DNA of 64,000 nucleotides, taken from positions 960,001-1,024,000 of the forward strand of contig CAXXJJ010000004.1 of NCBI GenBank assembly GCA_963667015.2, given 5' to 3'. The translations under genes were made by a program, and so were the position numbers. Source of the DNA: Desulfatiglandales bacterium. Its GTDB lineage: Bacteria; Desulfobacterota; DSM-4660; Desulfatiglandales; HGW-15. Within the stretch, counting starts at the first letter, position 1. Each line of letters opens with the position of its first letter. The notes under the pieces are model-generated. The model was not told the origin of the DNA. It ran no database searches and was given only the letters and a program-made list of their open reading frames with translations. Shown here one piece after another: positions 50,585 through 60,182 of this stretch.

Positions 50585-52273
50585 TTACCTGTTCTTTATT
50601 ATTGCCCCCTCATCAGCAGATGAGGCGAGTCTTGAATAGATATTCAGATATCCCTTCTTCACCTTTGGTGCAGGAGGAACCCAGCTCTCAAGCCTTGCAT
50701 TTATCTCCTCGTCCGAAACATGAAGGTGAATGCTGTTCCGTATTACATCAACAGTTATCTCATCACCGTCTTTTACAATTGCAATAGGCCCGCCCTCTGC
50801 TGCCTCGGGAGAAATATGCCCGACAAAACAGCCGTTGTTAGTGCCCGAAAAACGACCATCAGTGATAACTGCCGAAGATTTATTAAGCCCCATGCCGTTA
50901 AGATATTTTAGAGACCGGTACATCTCAACCATGCCGGGCCCGCCCTTGGGACCTTCATACCTTATAACAACCACATTTCCGGGTTTTATCTTCTTTGAAA
51001 GAATGGCCTTTACTGCATCCGCATCAGAATCAAATACAACTGCTGACCCCCTGAAATTCCAAACGGCTGGATCAATGGCAGCAGGTTTACTTATTGCGGT
51101 TTTTGGTGCCAGGTTTCCTCTTAAGACAGCAACACCGCCTGATTTTGAAAACGGCTCTTCAAGGGAGCGGATGACTTCCCGGTTTTCGGGAAAGACAAAG
51201 GAAAAGTCTGATATGTTTTCTTTCATTCTCTTTCCGGTGCAGGTAATCTCATTCATATTTAAAAGCGGCTGAAGATTTTTTATTACCCTGGGTATTCCTC
51301 CGGCCTTCCAGAAGGTCTCCATATCATTCACTCCTGCAGGATTCACCCTTGCAATGGTTGGAGTAGATTTGCTGAACTCGTCAAAAAGCTCCAGTACATC
51401 AATATCAAGTTCAGCTTCATAGGCAAGGGCGGTCAGATGAAGTATGGCATTTGTAGAGCCTCCGATAGCCAGACATACCCTTATAGCATTTTTAATGGCA
51501 TCAGCAGTTATTACATCACATGTGGTTACACTATTTCTGACGAGTTCACATATCTTTTCTCCTGACTTTTCCGCCAGCCTGAGTCTCCCGGCATATACAG
51601 CCGGGACACCTGAACTGTCAGGGAGGCTCATACCCATTGCCTCTGTAAGGCAGCACATCGTGTTTGCAGTGCCCATAAATGAACATGAGCCACATGTTGG
51701 GCAGGAAAGGTTTTCTACATTTTTATATTCCTTTTCAGATATTTTATGGGATTTTAACATCCCGAGGGCTTCTGAAACCGAGGTGGAGTCAGATTTTTTT
51801 CCATTAAACTCTATTCCGCCCAGCATAGGGCCGCTGTTTACAACAATGGCAGGTATGTTAACCCTTGCCGCACCCATGAGCATACCGGGTACAATCTTAT
51901 CGCATGAGGCCATGAGTACAAGGCCGTCAAAGGGATTTGAATTGGCCATGATTTCTATTGAATCAGCTATTACCTCCCGTGACGGCAAAACATAATTGAA
52001 ATAATTTTTAGCAATGGCATCACAAAGGCCGATCACACCGAATTCAAAGGCTGTTCCTCCTGCACGGTGTATACCTTTAATCACCTGTTCACTGAGCTGC
52101 CGGAAATTGAAATGCCCGGGGATTACGGTACTCCAGGAGTTTGCCACACCGATAACCGGTCTTCCGGAATCGAGATCATCATCGGAATATCCCATGCCTT
52201 TAATAACATTTCTAATATCCGCATTTTCCTGTCCGGAAAGAGATTCAATGCTTTTAAATTTATTTTTATTCAT
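50585..52273 (-). CDS. ilvD: IlvD/Edd family dehydratase
   Basis: PGH, GLCDA, SCDKIVPG, CGSCSFMGTANTM, GGSTN, YEGPKGGPGM.EM, TDGRFSG, GHISPEA. Confidence 0.88.
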   Translation of the reverse strand: MNKNKFKSIESLSGQENADIRNVIKGMGYSDDDLDSGRPVIGVANSWSTVIPGHFNFRQLSEQVIKGIHRAGGTAFEFGVIGLCDAIAKNYFNYVLPSREVIADSIEIMANSNPFDGLVLMASCDKIVPGMLMGAARVNIPAIVVNSGPMLGGIEFNGKKSDSTSVSEALGMLKSHKISEKEYKNVENLSCPTCGSCSFMGTANTMCCLTEAMGMSLPDSSGVPAVYAGRLRLAEKSGEKICELVRNSVTTCDVITADAIKNAIRVCLAIGGSTNAILHLTALAYEAELDIDVLELFDEFSKSTPTIARVNPAGVNDMETFWKAGGIPRVIKNLQPLLNMNEITCTGKRMKENISDFSFVFPENREVIRSLEEPFSKSGGVAVLRGNLAPKTAISKPAAIDPAVWNFRGSAVVFDSDADAVKAILSKKIKPGNVVVIRYEGPKGGPGMVEMYRSLKYLNGMGLNKSSAVITDGRFSGTNNGCFVGHISPEAAEGGPIAIVKDGDEITVDVIRNSIHLHVSDEEINARLESWVPPAPKVKKGYLNIYSRLASSADEGAIIKNR

Positions 52274-52295
52274 TACAGTAAACCTTAAACCGCTA

Positions 52296-53460
52296 TTAAA
52301 CATAATTACACACCCGACTAATAACCGTTTCGGTAAACCCGAATCCATATACTTCGGCCTTTGTCATTTTACCATTCGCAACAGCAACTATTTCCCTGAA
52401 AAGTTCTTCGCCAAGATTATCTATGGATATCTTTCCCTCAAGGGCACTGCTCATATCAAAATCAATGTTGTCATACATCTTTATATATGTGTTTTTATTT
52501 GCTGTTGCCTTAATTACCGGAGCTACAGGATTCCCTACCGGGTTCCCCCGTCCTGTCGTAAAGAGTACTATCTGGCATCCACCGGCCACCTTTGCGGTTA
52601 CGGACAGGACATCATATCCGGGAGTATCCATGATAACAAGGCCTTTACCTGTCGGCATGTCACCGTATTCTAAAACTTCCATCACGGGAGTGGTCCCTCC
52701 CTTGTGTATACATCCAGGGATTTCTCCTCAAGAGTTGATAGCCCCCCTTCCCTGTTACCCGGGAAGGCTGGGCTGACCTTACATCTTCACCTATACGTTC
52801 AAGGTCCTTTTCAAGCCTGTTCACAATACCAAATATCTTTTTTTTAACTTCAGGATTAACAGCCCTTTTCGCCAGCAGATGTTCTGCGCCTATTATCTCA
52901 GGGGTTTCGCTGAACATTGCAGTTCCACCCATGCTTATAAGTATATCACTTGCCTTTCCTGCTACCGGATTGGCTATTAAACCAGATGTCGAATCCGATC
53001 CTCCGCATTCAAGACCCAGGATAAGATTGGAAATGTCAAAGGAATCCCTTCTGCATTGTGATGCCCTGATAATAAAATCACTGACAATCCTTATACCTTT
53101 ATTGATTGTATTAAGAGTGCCGCCTTCCTCCTGAATAAGTAAAACCTCCACTGGCTTTTTTGTCTTCTTCCGTATATGCGATACCATTTCATCTGCTACA
53201 TTCAATTCACAGCCGAGACCGACAAGAAGAACCGCATAAACATTGGGATTGGCCGCAAGACCAGAGAGTATCTTCTGTGTAATTTTAAGGTTTGCTGCAA
53301 CCTCACCGCAGCCGTTCTGGTTTACCATGCTTACGGCCCCGGGAAGATTCTCTGTCATGATTCTGCACGTTTCGTTTGCACAGGCGACTGTGGGCATAAT
53401 GAGTACATGATTCCTTACGCCTATTCTTCCGTCTTCTCTTTCATATCCCATAAATTCCAT
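52296..53460 (-). pseudogene. UxaA/GarD/SuyB family dehydratase large subunit with two apparent -1 homopolymer frameshifts
   Basis: GVRNH, VGLGCE, LECGGSD, SETPE, FTTGRG.P.G; restoring a C near 52762 and a G near 52714 (minus strand) yields SPGNREGGLSTLEEKSLGCIHKGG. Confidence 0.82.
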
Positions 53461-53463
53461 ATA

Positions 53464-53757
53464 TCATCCTTTTAATGCAGGGCTTATGATATTGTGGTCG
53501 TGCACATGACTCCCTCTTGCTATATCGGTAATGGCCTTTCCTATTACCTGACCGTATTTTAAAACATGAGCATCCTTTTCAATATCAGTTACTGCAGCCT
53601 TATGAAAAACAGGAATATTCTCAATGACATTCAATTCAGCAAGCTCATCTCCTCTTTGAAAAATCACAACACTGTTCATCTCAATATCAGTAAGAACAGT
53701 TACAACATTATCATCTTTATGTATAAGGATAGCATTTATGCCGGATTTCATATCCAC
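53464..53757 (-). CDS. SAF-domain small subunit of UxaA/SuyA family
   Basis: DDNVV, IPVFHK.A..DI, KYGQVIG, GSHVHDHN. Confidence 0.88.
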   Translation of the reverse strand: MDMKSGINAILIHKDDNVVTVLTDIEMNSVVIFQRGDELAELNVIENIPVFHKAAVTDIEKDAHVLKYGQVIGKAITDIARGSHVHDHNIISPALKG

Positions 53758-53775
53758 CTGCTATGAATGATTAAT

Positions 53776-55035
53776 TTACTGTAATTCAGGAATAATAACT
53801 CCCCCGGAAGGGACAATGTTAACCGAAGGATTTTTCACATACTGTTCACTGATCGCAAACGCATTCTCGATTGTATTGGCATGAATAAATCCCAGCTTCT
53901 CAGCATCTTCACGCGGGATCTCCTTTGAAAACAGGATCACCCTGTAGCTGTCAATGGCAAGTATTACCTGTGCCAGAGACATGTTTAATTCAGGTGCTCC
54001 GTCCTTTATGATACGCCGGTTATTGTCAAAACAATCCAAAAGAGCTTTACTGAGGTTGCCTTTATTCTTTTCCCGGAAGCCCTTGCATGCATTGAGATAT
54101 TCAGGCAGAAACCGTGAATTACACCTGCCTGAAAGAATAATAACACCAGATTTCTTTGTAATAATGGATGCAGGCTCCAGGGGCTTCATGAGTTGAGTTG
54201 CCTGGGTATAGGGAAAGGCGCTTATAATGGTAACATCCGACTGCTGATTAATTTTTTTAGTTATTATTTCCCTGCATATGCCTGCACCGGTCCTGTGTGC
54301 TGTAATGGGATTGCCTGCCACAACACTGTACAGGTTATCATTGTGATCAAGCACACTGTTAATAATAAAATCAAGTTTACCCGCCACCGCCATGGATGAT
54401 GTTTCCCGGTAGGAAGAATTTTTCTCCAGACGTCCGAGGGTCATATCTCTGAAGGCATATTTTAGATGGTGTTCCAGGATGGCATCAAAATTTGATACAC
54501 CGGGGAAGAGTATCTTTCCGCCACCGCCAAAGCCATTGAGGGGATGGGGGAAAATGGAACCTATACCTATCCTGAAATCCGCTTCATATGCCAGTCTGTT
54601 TATCTTTACAGGCGTGCCGGATTCCAGTTTACCGATCGGAACAAGATCATGTGCCCTGCAGTCATGATTGGAGAAGCTGTACCTCCTGACAATATCACTG
54701 CCATAGGTATGTTCAAGCTCTTCTTCGGATAAAGGCTTGTGTGTCCCCAGTGCAACTATTATTGAAATATTACCGGGTGAAATCGACAGGCTTTCGAGAT
54801 GATCAAGCAATATCCTTAATATATGTTTTTTGGGTGAATTTCGTGTATTGTCTTCAATGAGTATTGCGACCTTATCGGAAGATGTCAGGGAATCATCAAG
54901 AGTTGCAGCATCAATGGGCTCATTTACAGCATTGCCGACAATTTCTTCTATTTCATTTATGACAGTATGATCTTCAAAGGATGCCAGGGTAATAACATTC
55001 CATGAGTCAGGGACATTGAAAATACAGCTTTTCAT
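53776..55035 (-). CDS. LarA family nickel-pincer-nucleotide racemase/epimerase
   Basis: EDNTR, ALGTH, FPHPLNGFGGGGKILFPG, EHH, QLMK. Confidence 0.85.
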   Translation of the reverse strand: MKSCIFNVPDSWNVITLASFEDHTVINEIEEIVGNAVNEPIDAATLDDSLTSSDKVAILIEDNTRNSPKKHILRILLDHLESLSISPGNISIIVALGTHKPLSEEELEHTYGSDIVRRYSFSNHDCRAHDLVPIGKLESGTPVKINRLAYEADFRIGIGSIFPHPLNGFGGGGKILFPGVSNFDAILEHHLKYAFRDMTLGRLEKNSSYRETSSMAVAGKLDFIINSVLDHNDNLYSVVAGNPITAHRTGAGICREIITKKINQQSDVTIISAFPYTQATQLMKPLEPASIITKKSGVIILSGRCNSRFLPEYLNACKGFREKNKGNLSKALLDCFDNNRRIIKDGAPELNMSLAQVILAIDSYRVILFSKEIPREDAEKLGFIHANTIENAFAISEQYVKNPSVNIVPSGGVIIPELQ

Positions 55036-55082
55036 GCCCGTATCTGATAAACAGTTGTTCGTTCATTTGAGACACCTTAAAC

Positions 55083-55106
55083 GGGCAGGCCGTAAAGGCC
55101 TGCTCC
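55083..55106 (-). terminator. Hairpin after the Fe-ADH gene
   Basis: GGGCAGGCC-GTAAA-GGCCTGCTC. Confidence 0.5.
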
Positions 55107-55119
55107 ATAAAAAAATATA

Positions 55120-56343
55120 TTAATATGGTGCATCAAGAAGATTCTTTAAAAGATCCCTTACCTCATCTTCAACCAGTTCCTTGGGATTACCCTGACTGCA
55201 GAAGTCGTTCGCATAAATCTTTACTACATGATCAATATCTTCCTCTTTAAATCCGAACTGTTCGGTCAGATACCCGGGCTGGATCCCGACATCCCTGAGG
55301 AGCAGTTCCATCTCAACAAACCATCGGTCAGCCATTTCAAGTTGAGACATTCCCATTGTATCAATCCCCATGGCCTGGGTCATTGCAGCAAATCTCTCCA
55401 TAGCAGCCGGCTGATTGTATCTTTCGGCGGCAAGAACCAGGACCCCATTAACATGCCCGTGATGACAGTCAGTGACAGCGCTTATCTGATGACCAAGCCC
55501 ATGCACTATACCTGCCCCTGCACCGAAACCGATAGCAATACCCCCCATGGTTGTGGCCCAGGTCATTTTTTCACATGCTTCCCGATCCATCCGGTTATAT
55601 GTAAATTCTCTTAAATTTTTATAAATCAGTTCAATCGCCCTTAAAAGAATGCCATAGGAATAGGGACTTTGAACCTTGGTAAGAAATGCTTCAAAACCAT
55701 GGGCCATGGCATCAAAGCCTGTCCATGCCGCAAGTTTTTGGGGCTGAAGCCTTATAAACAGAGGATCAATAACAGCGACTGTTGAATGTATATTTGGAGC
55801 CCCGACAAGTACCTTGGCCTTTTCTTTTGTGTTGCTGATTGCAGCCCATGATGTGACTTCAGCACCGGTACCGGAGGTTGTTGGAACAGATATTTGAGGG
55901 ATTACGCAGGGATTCAGTTTTGCGAGTGTTTCCATCCATGGCGGGTCCAGCTTTGCGACAAAATTATCTACATCCTTACCGCCGTTTGCATCAATAACCC
56001 TGATACATTTTCCCACATCAATGGAACTGCCTCCTCCGACAGCAACTATTCCATCACATTCCGCATCCTTGAAAACCTTATAGGCATTCATTATTTCATG
56101 GTCTTTGGGATTCGAGGTTATGCCGTCAAACACTTCATATGAAATCCCTCCATTATTCAGAATTCCTTTAACCTCATCGATAATACCTGTTCCCTGAAGC
56201 CCTGAGGTAGTTATCAAGGCCTTTTTTATACCACTTGCTTTACACTCATCAGCAATTGTTTCATAAGCTCCCCATCCCAGGGCAATCCTTGGAATGGGAT
56301 TTGTATAAAGAATAGGAAATTGATAAATACTTTTATTAAACAT
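55120..56343 (-). CDS. Iron-containing (group III) alcohol dehydrogenase, Mno/Mdo-like
   Basis: GGGSSID, PTTSGTGAEVT, DAMAHGFE, VHGLGH, HHG; N-terminus FPI...PIPR.ALGWGA. Confidence 0.88.
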   Translation of the reverse strand: MFNKSIYQFPILYTNPIPRIALGWGAYETIADECKASGIKKALITTSGLQGTGIIDEVKGILNNGGISYEVFDGITSNPKDHEIMNAYKVFKDAECDGIVAVGGGSSIDVGKCIRVIDANGGKDVDNFVAKLDPPWMETLAKLNPCVIPQISVPTTSGTGAEVTSWAAISNTKEKAKVLVGAPNIHSTVAVIDPLFIRLQPQKLAAWTGFDAMAHGFEAFLTKVQSPYSYGILLRAIELIYKNLREFTYNRMDREACEKMTWATTMGGIAIGFGAGAGIVHGLGHQISAVTDCHHGHVNGVLVLAAERYNQPAAMERFAAMTQAMGIDTMGMSQLEMADRWFVEMELLLRDVGIQPGYLTEQFGFKEEDIDHVVKIYANDFCSQGNPKELVEDEVRDLLKNLLDAPY

Positions 56344-56390
56344 GCTGTCCCTCCTTTTTTAGGCTTTTTCATAGATGAGTTATTCTATTA

Positions 56391-56843
56391 TCAGCACTTT
56401 ATATTGTGCATGCTTTCAGCCAGCATCATTACTTCATCTGTCTGTTTAGCAATCTCTATTCTAAGTCTTTTAAGTTCGGCAAGTTCCTGACGGGTTATCT
56501 TTCCATCCTTTATGGTCTCCTTTATAGACTCGGAAAGATGTGAAACAGCAAGAAAAATATCGTTAACCTCTTTTTCAAAATTACTCGTTATCTCCTCAGA
56601 AGCGGGCTTCTTGTATAATATCCATCCATCAGGCTCAAGAAACGCCTTGATATCAGGATCACCTGTAGCTTCAACTGCGGCCCGTATAAAATCCAGGTTT
56701 ATCTTTATTCGACCGTAAAGGCAGTCATATACGGTCTGTTGAGATTTACCCAGAATATTAGCCATTTTTTGAACAGCCTGTTTGTTCTCTTTTCTGCCTG
56801 TAATTATCCTGTGAATTTCCGATGCAATTTCTTCAAATTCCAT
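56391..56843 (-). CDS. Phage CII/YmfL-like DNA-binding protein
   Basis: HTH-like MANILGKSQQTVYDCL and C-terminal DGKITRQELAEL. Confidence 0.55.
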   Translation of the reverse strand: MEFEEIASEIHRIITGRKENKQAVQKMANILGKSQQTVYDCLYGRIKINLDFIRAAVEATGDPDIKAFLEPDGWILYKKPASEEITSNFEKEVNDIFLAVSHLSESIKETIKDGKITRQELAELKRLRIEIAKQTDEVMMLAESMHNIKC

Positions 56844-56884
56844 TTTATCCTCCCTGAATACTGGAACAGCTATGCGCCAGAATA

Positions 56885-58177
56885 TTATATATTCTGAGCA
56901 TAAGGTCTGTCAGGTTTTTTTATAAAAAGCATCAAGACTGTAGCAGCTACCAGAACAAAAATAGAAACAACCCAGACAGAAATATAACTGCCTGTCAGAT
57001 CCTTTATTCTACCGGTAACCGGAGCGCCTAAAGACCCGAATATGGTTGTAAATGGAATAGCAAAACCTCTGATACTGCCAATATTTTTGGAGCCAAAATA
57101 GTTTGGCCAGAGTGTATTAGTAGATACCATAAAACTTGATGCTGCGACACCATAAAGTGATGTTGCCAGAAAAATATCAAACTCTGTTCTCACATGAATG
57201 GTAACAACGAAAACTAGAATACAGGCAACAAGTGATGAAGCAACTACATGTCTTGCAGGAAAATGATCCATCGCCATCCCGGTAAGTACCGCTATAATGG
57301 CTGATACAATTGCCTCCACAGATATGGCAAATGAAACAAGCATGGGTGAAAATCCTGACTCTATATAATAGGGTATTCTGAAGACGTTCAGCGTGCTCGT
57401 TGCCAGCATCCTTAGCCCCATTATCAATATCAGTCCCCAGAATGCAAATGAACGCAAAGCCTGTTCACGTGTCCAGGAACATTCATCTGATTCGTTATTG
57501 GTTTCATTTTCTTCCGTCTTTTTGCCTGTGCCAGCCTCGTCAGGTATCAGACCATCAGGATAAAGCCCCATTGAAGCCGGCTCCTTCCTGATAACTGCGA
57601 TTGCGATAATAAAAATAACAAGGCAACTACCGCACCCTATAACACGCCAGGCAAAACGCCAGTCTATATACAGGATAGTCGCCTGTATTAGCGGAGTAAA
57701 GATTAATAGTCCAAGCGTTGTCCCGAAAAATGATATGGACATTGCCCTGCCCCTTTTTCTGATAAACCATCGGGATAAAGGGACACTCTGGTACAGGTTT
57801 CCGCCGCCCCCCTCCAGGCCTATCATTCCGCTTAAAAAAACAAGGGCCACAAGCTGCCACCCTGTCTGAAGCATGGAAAGCCCAGCCATAATCATAAGCA
57901 TTATAATGGAAGATACGGCCATTGGAATACGTGCGCCATATCTATCAAGCATACGTCCAATAAACCAGCTAGATAATGAAAAACCGATGAGCCTTGCTGT
58001 CTGAGACCATCCTATATATTGCTGGCTGATTCCAAGTTCATCGTGCAGGGGGCGCACAAAGAGTCCGAGGTTCATACCGCCCATTCCAACAGATACCATA
58101 CTTATGGTGGCCAGTCCGGCTACTATGTACCAGCCATAAAACAATCCTTTTTTCTTTTGATATGATTTTAAATTCAT
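56885..58177 (-). CDS. MFS transporter (monocarboxylate/OFA-like)
   Basis: FYGWYIV, GRMLDRYGAR, WFIRKRGRA, about 12 TM segments. Confidence 0.9.
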   Translation of the reverse strand: MNLKSYQKKKGLFYGWYIVAGLATISMVSVGMGGMNLGLFVRPLHDELGISQQYIGWSQTARLIGFSLSSWFIGRMLDRYGARIPMAVSSIIMLMIMAGLSMLQTGWQLVALVFLSGMIGLEGGGGNLYQSVPLSRWFIRKRGRAMSISFFGTTLGLLIFTPLIQATILYIDWRFAWRVIGCGSCLVIFIIAIAVIRKEPASMGLYPDGLIPDEAGTGKKTEENETNNESDECSWTREQALRSFAFWGLILIMGLRMLATSTLNVFRIPYYIESGFSPMLVSFAISVEAIVSAIIAVLTGMAMDHFPARHVVASSLVACILVFVVTIHVRTEFDIFLATSLYGVAASSFMVSTNTLWPNYFGSKNIGSIRGFAIPFTTIFGSLGAPVTGRIKDLTGSYISVWVVSIFVLVAATVLMLFIKKPDRPYAQNI

Positions 58178-58368
58178 TTATAACTCTTTGGACTTCAATA
58201 TTAAGGTCAGTTTTCATGCTATTTACTCTTTTTATTCAAATGCCCAACTAATGTATTAATATCTTTTATGTAGATTTAAGTCATCAGATATTTTTTTATT
58301 CTGCTTCATATCCTGTATTGATTAATATTATTTAATACTTATATTCAGAAAAATTAAGGAGGACTTTT

Positions 58369-58569
58369 ATGCCGATCTATGAATATAAGTGTAATAATTG
58401 CGGAAACTGTTTTGAGCAGCTTGTGTTTAATTCAGAAGATGAAAAAGATATTAACTGCAAAAAATGCGGTGGCCAGGAAATAAAAAAGGTTATATCCTCT
58501 TTCGCATGCATAAGCCAGGGAGGAGAACCCAGTCTTTCCGGGTGCTCATCAAACAACGGATTTTCATGA
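58369..58569 (+). CDS. FmdB family zinc-ribbon protein (possible Sec read-through to 58578)
   Basis: MPIYEYKCNNCG...CKKCG; AGGAGG RBS. Confidence 0.9.
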   Translation: MPIYEYKCNNCGNCFEQLVFNSEDEKDINCKKCGGQEIKKVISSFACISQGGEPSLSGCSSNNGFS

Positions 58570-58605
58570 GCTGATTAATATTTGTGACCGTGAGTCATAT
58601 AAAAA

Positions 58606-58630
58606 AGGGATTCACTAAAGGTGAATCCCT
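58606..58630. terminator. Hairpin after the FmdB gene
   Basis: AGGGATTCAC-TAAAG-GTGAATCCCT followed by a T-rich tract. Confidence 0.6.
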
Positions 58631-58655
58631 GTATTTTTAATAAAAGGATTAAAAA

Positions 58656-58793
58656 ATGGAGATAATCTGGTTTATATTGATAATAGCTGCCTACTTTCTG
58701 CTTCAGGGTGTCATCCTGCCCAAACTTGGGATATCGACCTGAATGAGAGAAAGTTGCCAGGTTGGCAAAAAAAACAGCAATACCAAAAAGTAA
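58656..58793 (+). CDS. Candidate 45-aa single-TM selenoprotein (UGA at 58740)
   Basis: MEIIWFILIIAAYFLLQGVILPKLGIST-U-MRESCQVGKKNSNTKK; AAGGA RBS; SECIS-like hairpin 11 nt after the UGA. Confidence 0.6.
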
Positions 58794-58795
58794 CG

Positions 58796-59401
58796 TTAGA
58801 CAGTAATATTCTGTCCGGAACCGAGATCTGAAGAAAAGGACGTAACAAGCCTTTCATCATCCTCTCCGGTTATGTTCTGTTTTATGCTATCAGCAGTAAT
58901 TTGAATTGCCGCATCAAGCATTTCTTCACTGAATCTCTTTTTTGCTGACAGCATTTTAAATTCTGATTCTTTTTTTGCGTCACTTACCATTTTATCTGCA
59001 ATGGCCTTCGCCTTTTCTATAATACTTTCCTTTTCTCTGGCCCCGGCAGCAATTATACTTTCAGTAATGTTTATCAGATTGTCATCAAGATTCTTAAGTT
59101 TATCTGATTCTGCCTCCATACTGGATCTTGCTTCCTGAACATTCGCCTCAATTGTCTGCAGTTGTTCGCTTATCTTGTCCCCTTCCCCTTTAAGAAATTT
59201 TTTAAGGGGTTTCTGGGCAAATCTGACATAGATAAAAACCAGTACACCGAAATTAACAAAGAGCATTATATCGGACCACAGTTTTTCCCGATGACCTGCC
59301 TCAGCTGCATATTGTACTGTAAAATAAGCAACAGCCAGCACAGCCAGGTAGCACGCCAGGTATTTAAGCATCATACTTTTAATATTATTTTTTCCGCTCA
59401 A
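58796..59401 (-). CDS. atpF: ATP synthase Fo subunit b
   Basis: FVNFGVLVFI..RFAQKPLKKFL followed by a coiled coil; operon context. Confidence 0.85.
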   Translation of the reverse strand: MSGKNNIKSMMLKYLACYLAVLAVAYFTVQYAAEAGHREKLWSDIMLFVNFGVLVFIYVRFAQKPLKKFLKGEGDKISEQLQTIEANVQEARSSMEAESDKLKNLDDNLINITESIIAAGAREKESIIEKAKAIADKMVSDAKKESEFKMLSAKKRFSEEMLDAAIQITADSIKQNITGEDDERLVTSFSSDLGSGQNITV

Positions 59402-59829
59402 CTGGCAAACCTCCTGCCAATGACTTTTTCAGTCAATTCTTCAGCAAGACCAGAGGCAAATTTTTTAAGTGAACGACTTGCCTCCTCTATTTTGCTATCG
59501 ATTTCCCTGTCAGCTTCTTCTCGAATGGCACTGATATCGTCTTTTGCCCTGTTGAAAATTTCTTCAGCTTTTTCGCCTGCTTCTTTTTTAAGAAGACTGC
59601 TCTGCTCCGCAGCCTCTTTTCTGGCTTTCTTTTCAACTGCTACACATTTTTCAATTAGTTCTTTCGTTTCCTGCTGAAGATTGTCCAGTCTCTTTTTTTC
59701 ATCTTCAATCTTTTGGCTGCGCCTTTCTATAATATTAGATATTGGCCGCAGCAAAATGCGATTCAGAATGAACATCAGAATCAGAAAATTTATGATCTGA
59801 ACAATTAAAGTTGCATTAACGTTTATCAT
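59398..59829 (-). CDS. atpF: ATP synthase Fo subunit b'
   Basis: NATLIVQIINFLILMFILNRILLRP. Confidence 0.88.
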   Translation of the reverse strand: MINVNATLIVQIINFLILMFILNRILLRPISNIIERRSQKIEDEKKRLDNLQQETKELIEKCVAVEKKARKEAAEQSSLLKKEAGEKAEEIFNRAKDDISAIREEADREIDSKIEEASRSLKKFASGLAEELTEKVIGRRFAS

Positions 59830-59850
59830 TGGCCGTTACCACCTTAAAAT

Positions 59851-60117
<267 letters not shown>

Positions 60118-60182
60118 CTAAAATATTTAAAATTGTAAAACCATTAATTATGTTAACGATATATAGATATCTAAAAAACCTG

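Noticed and set aside
56391..56843. Prophage
   Set aside because: No integrase, structural or replication genes in the flanks
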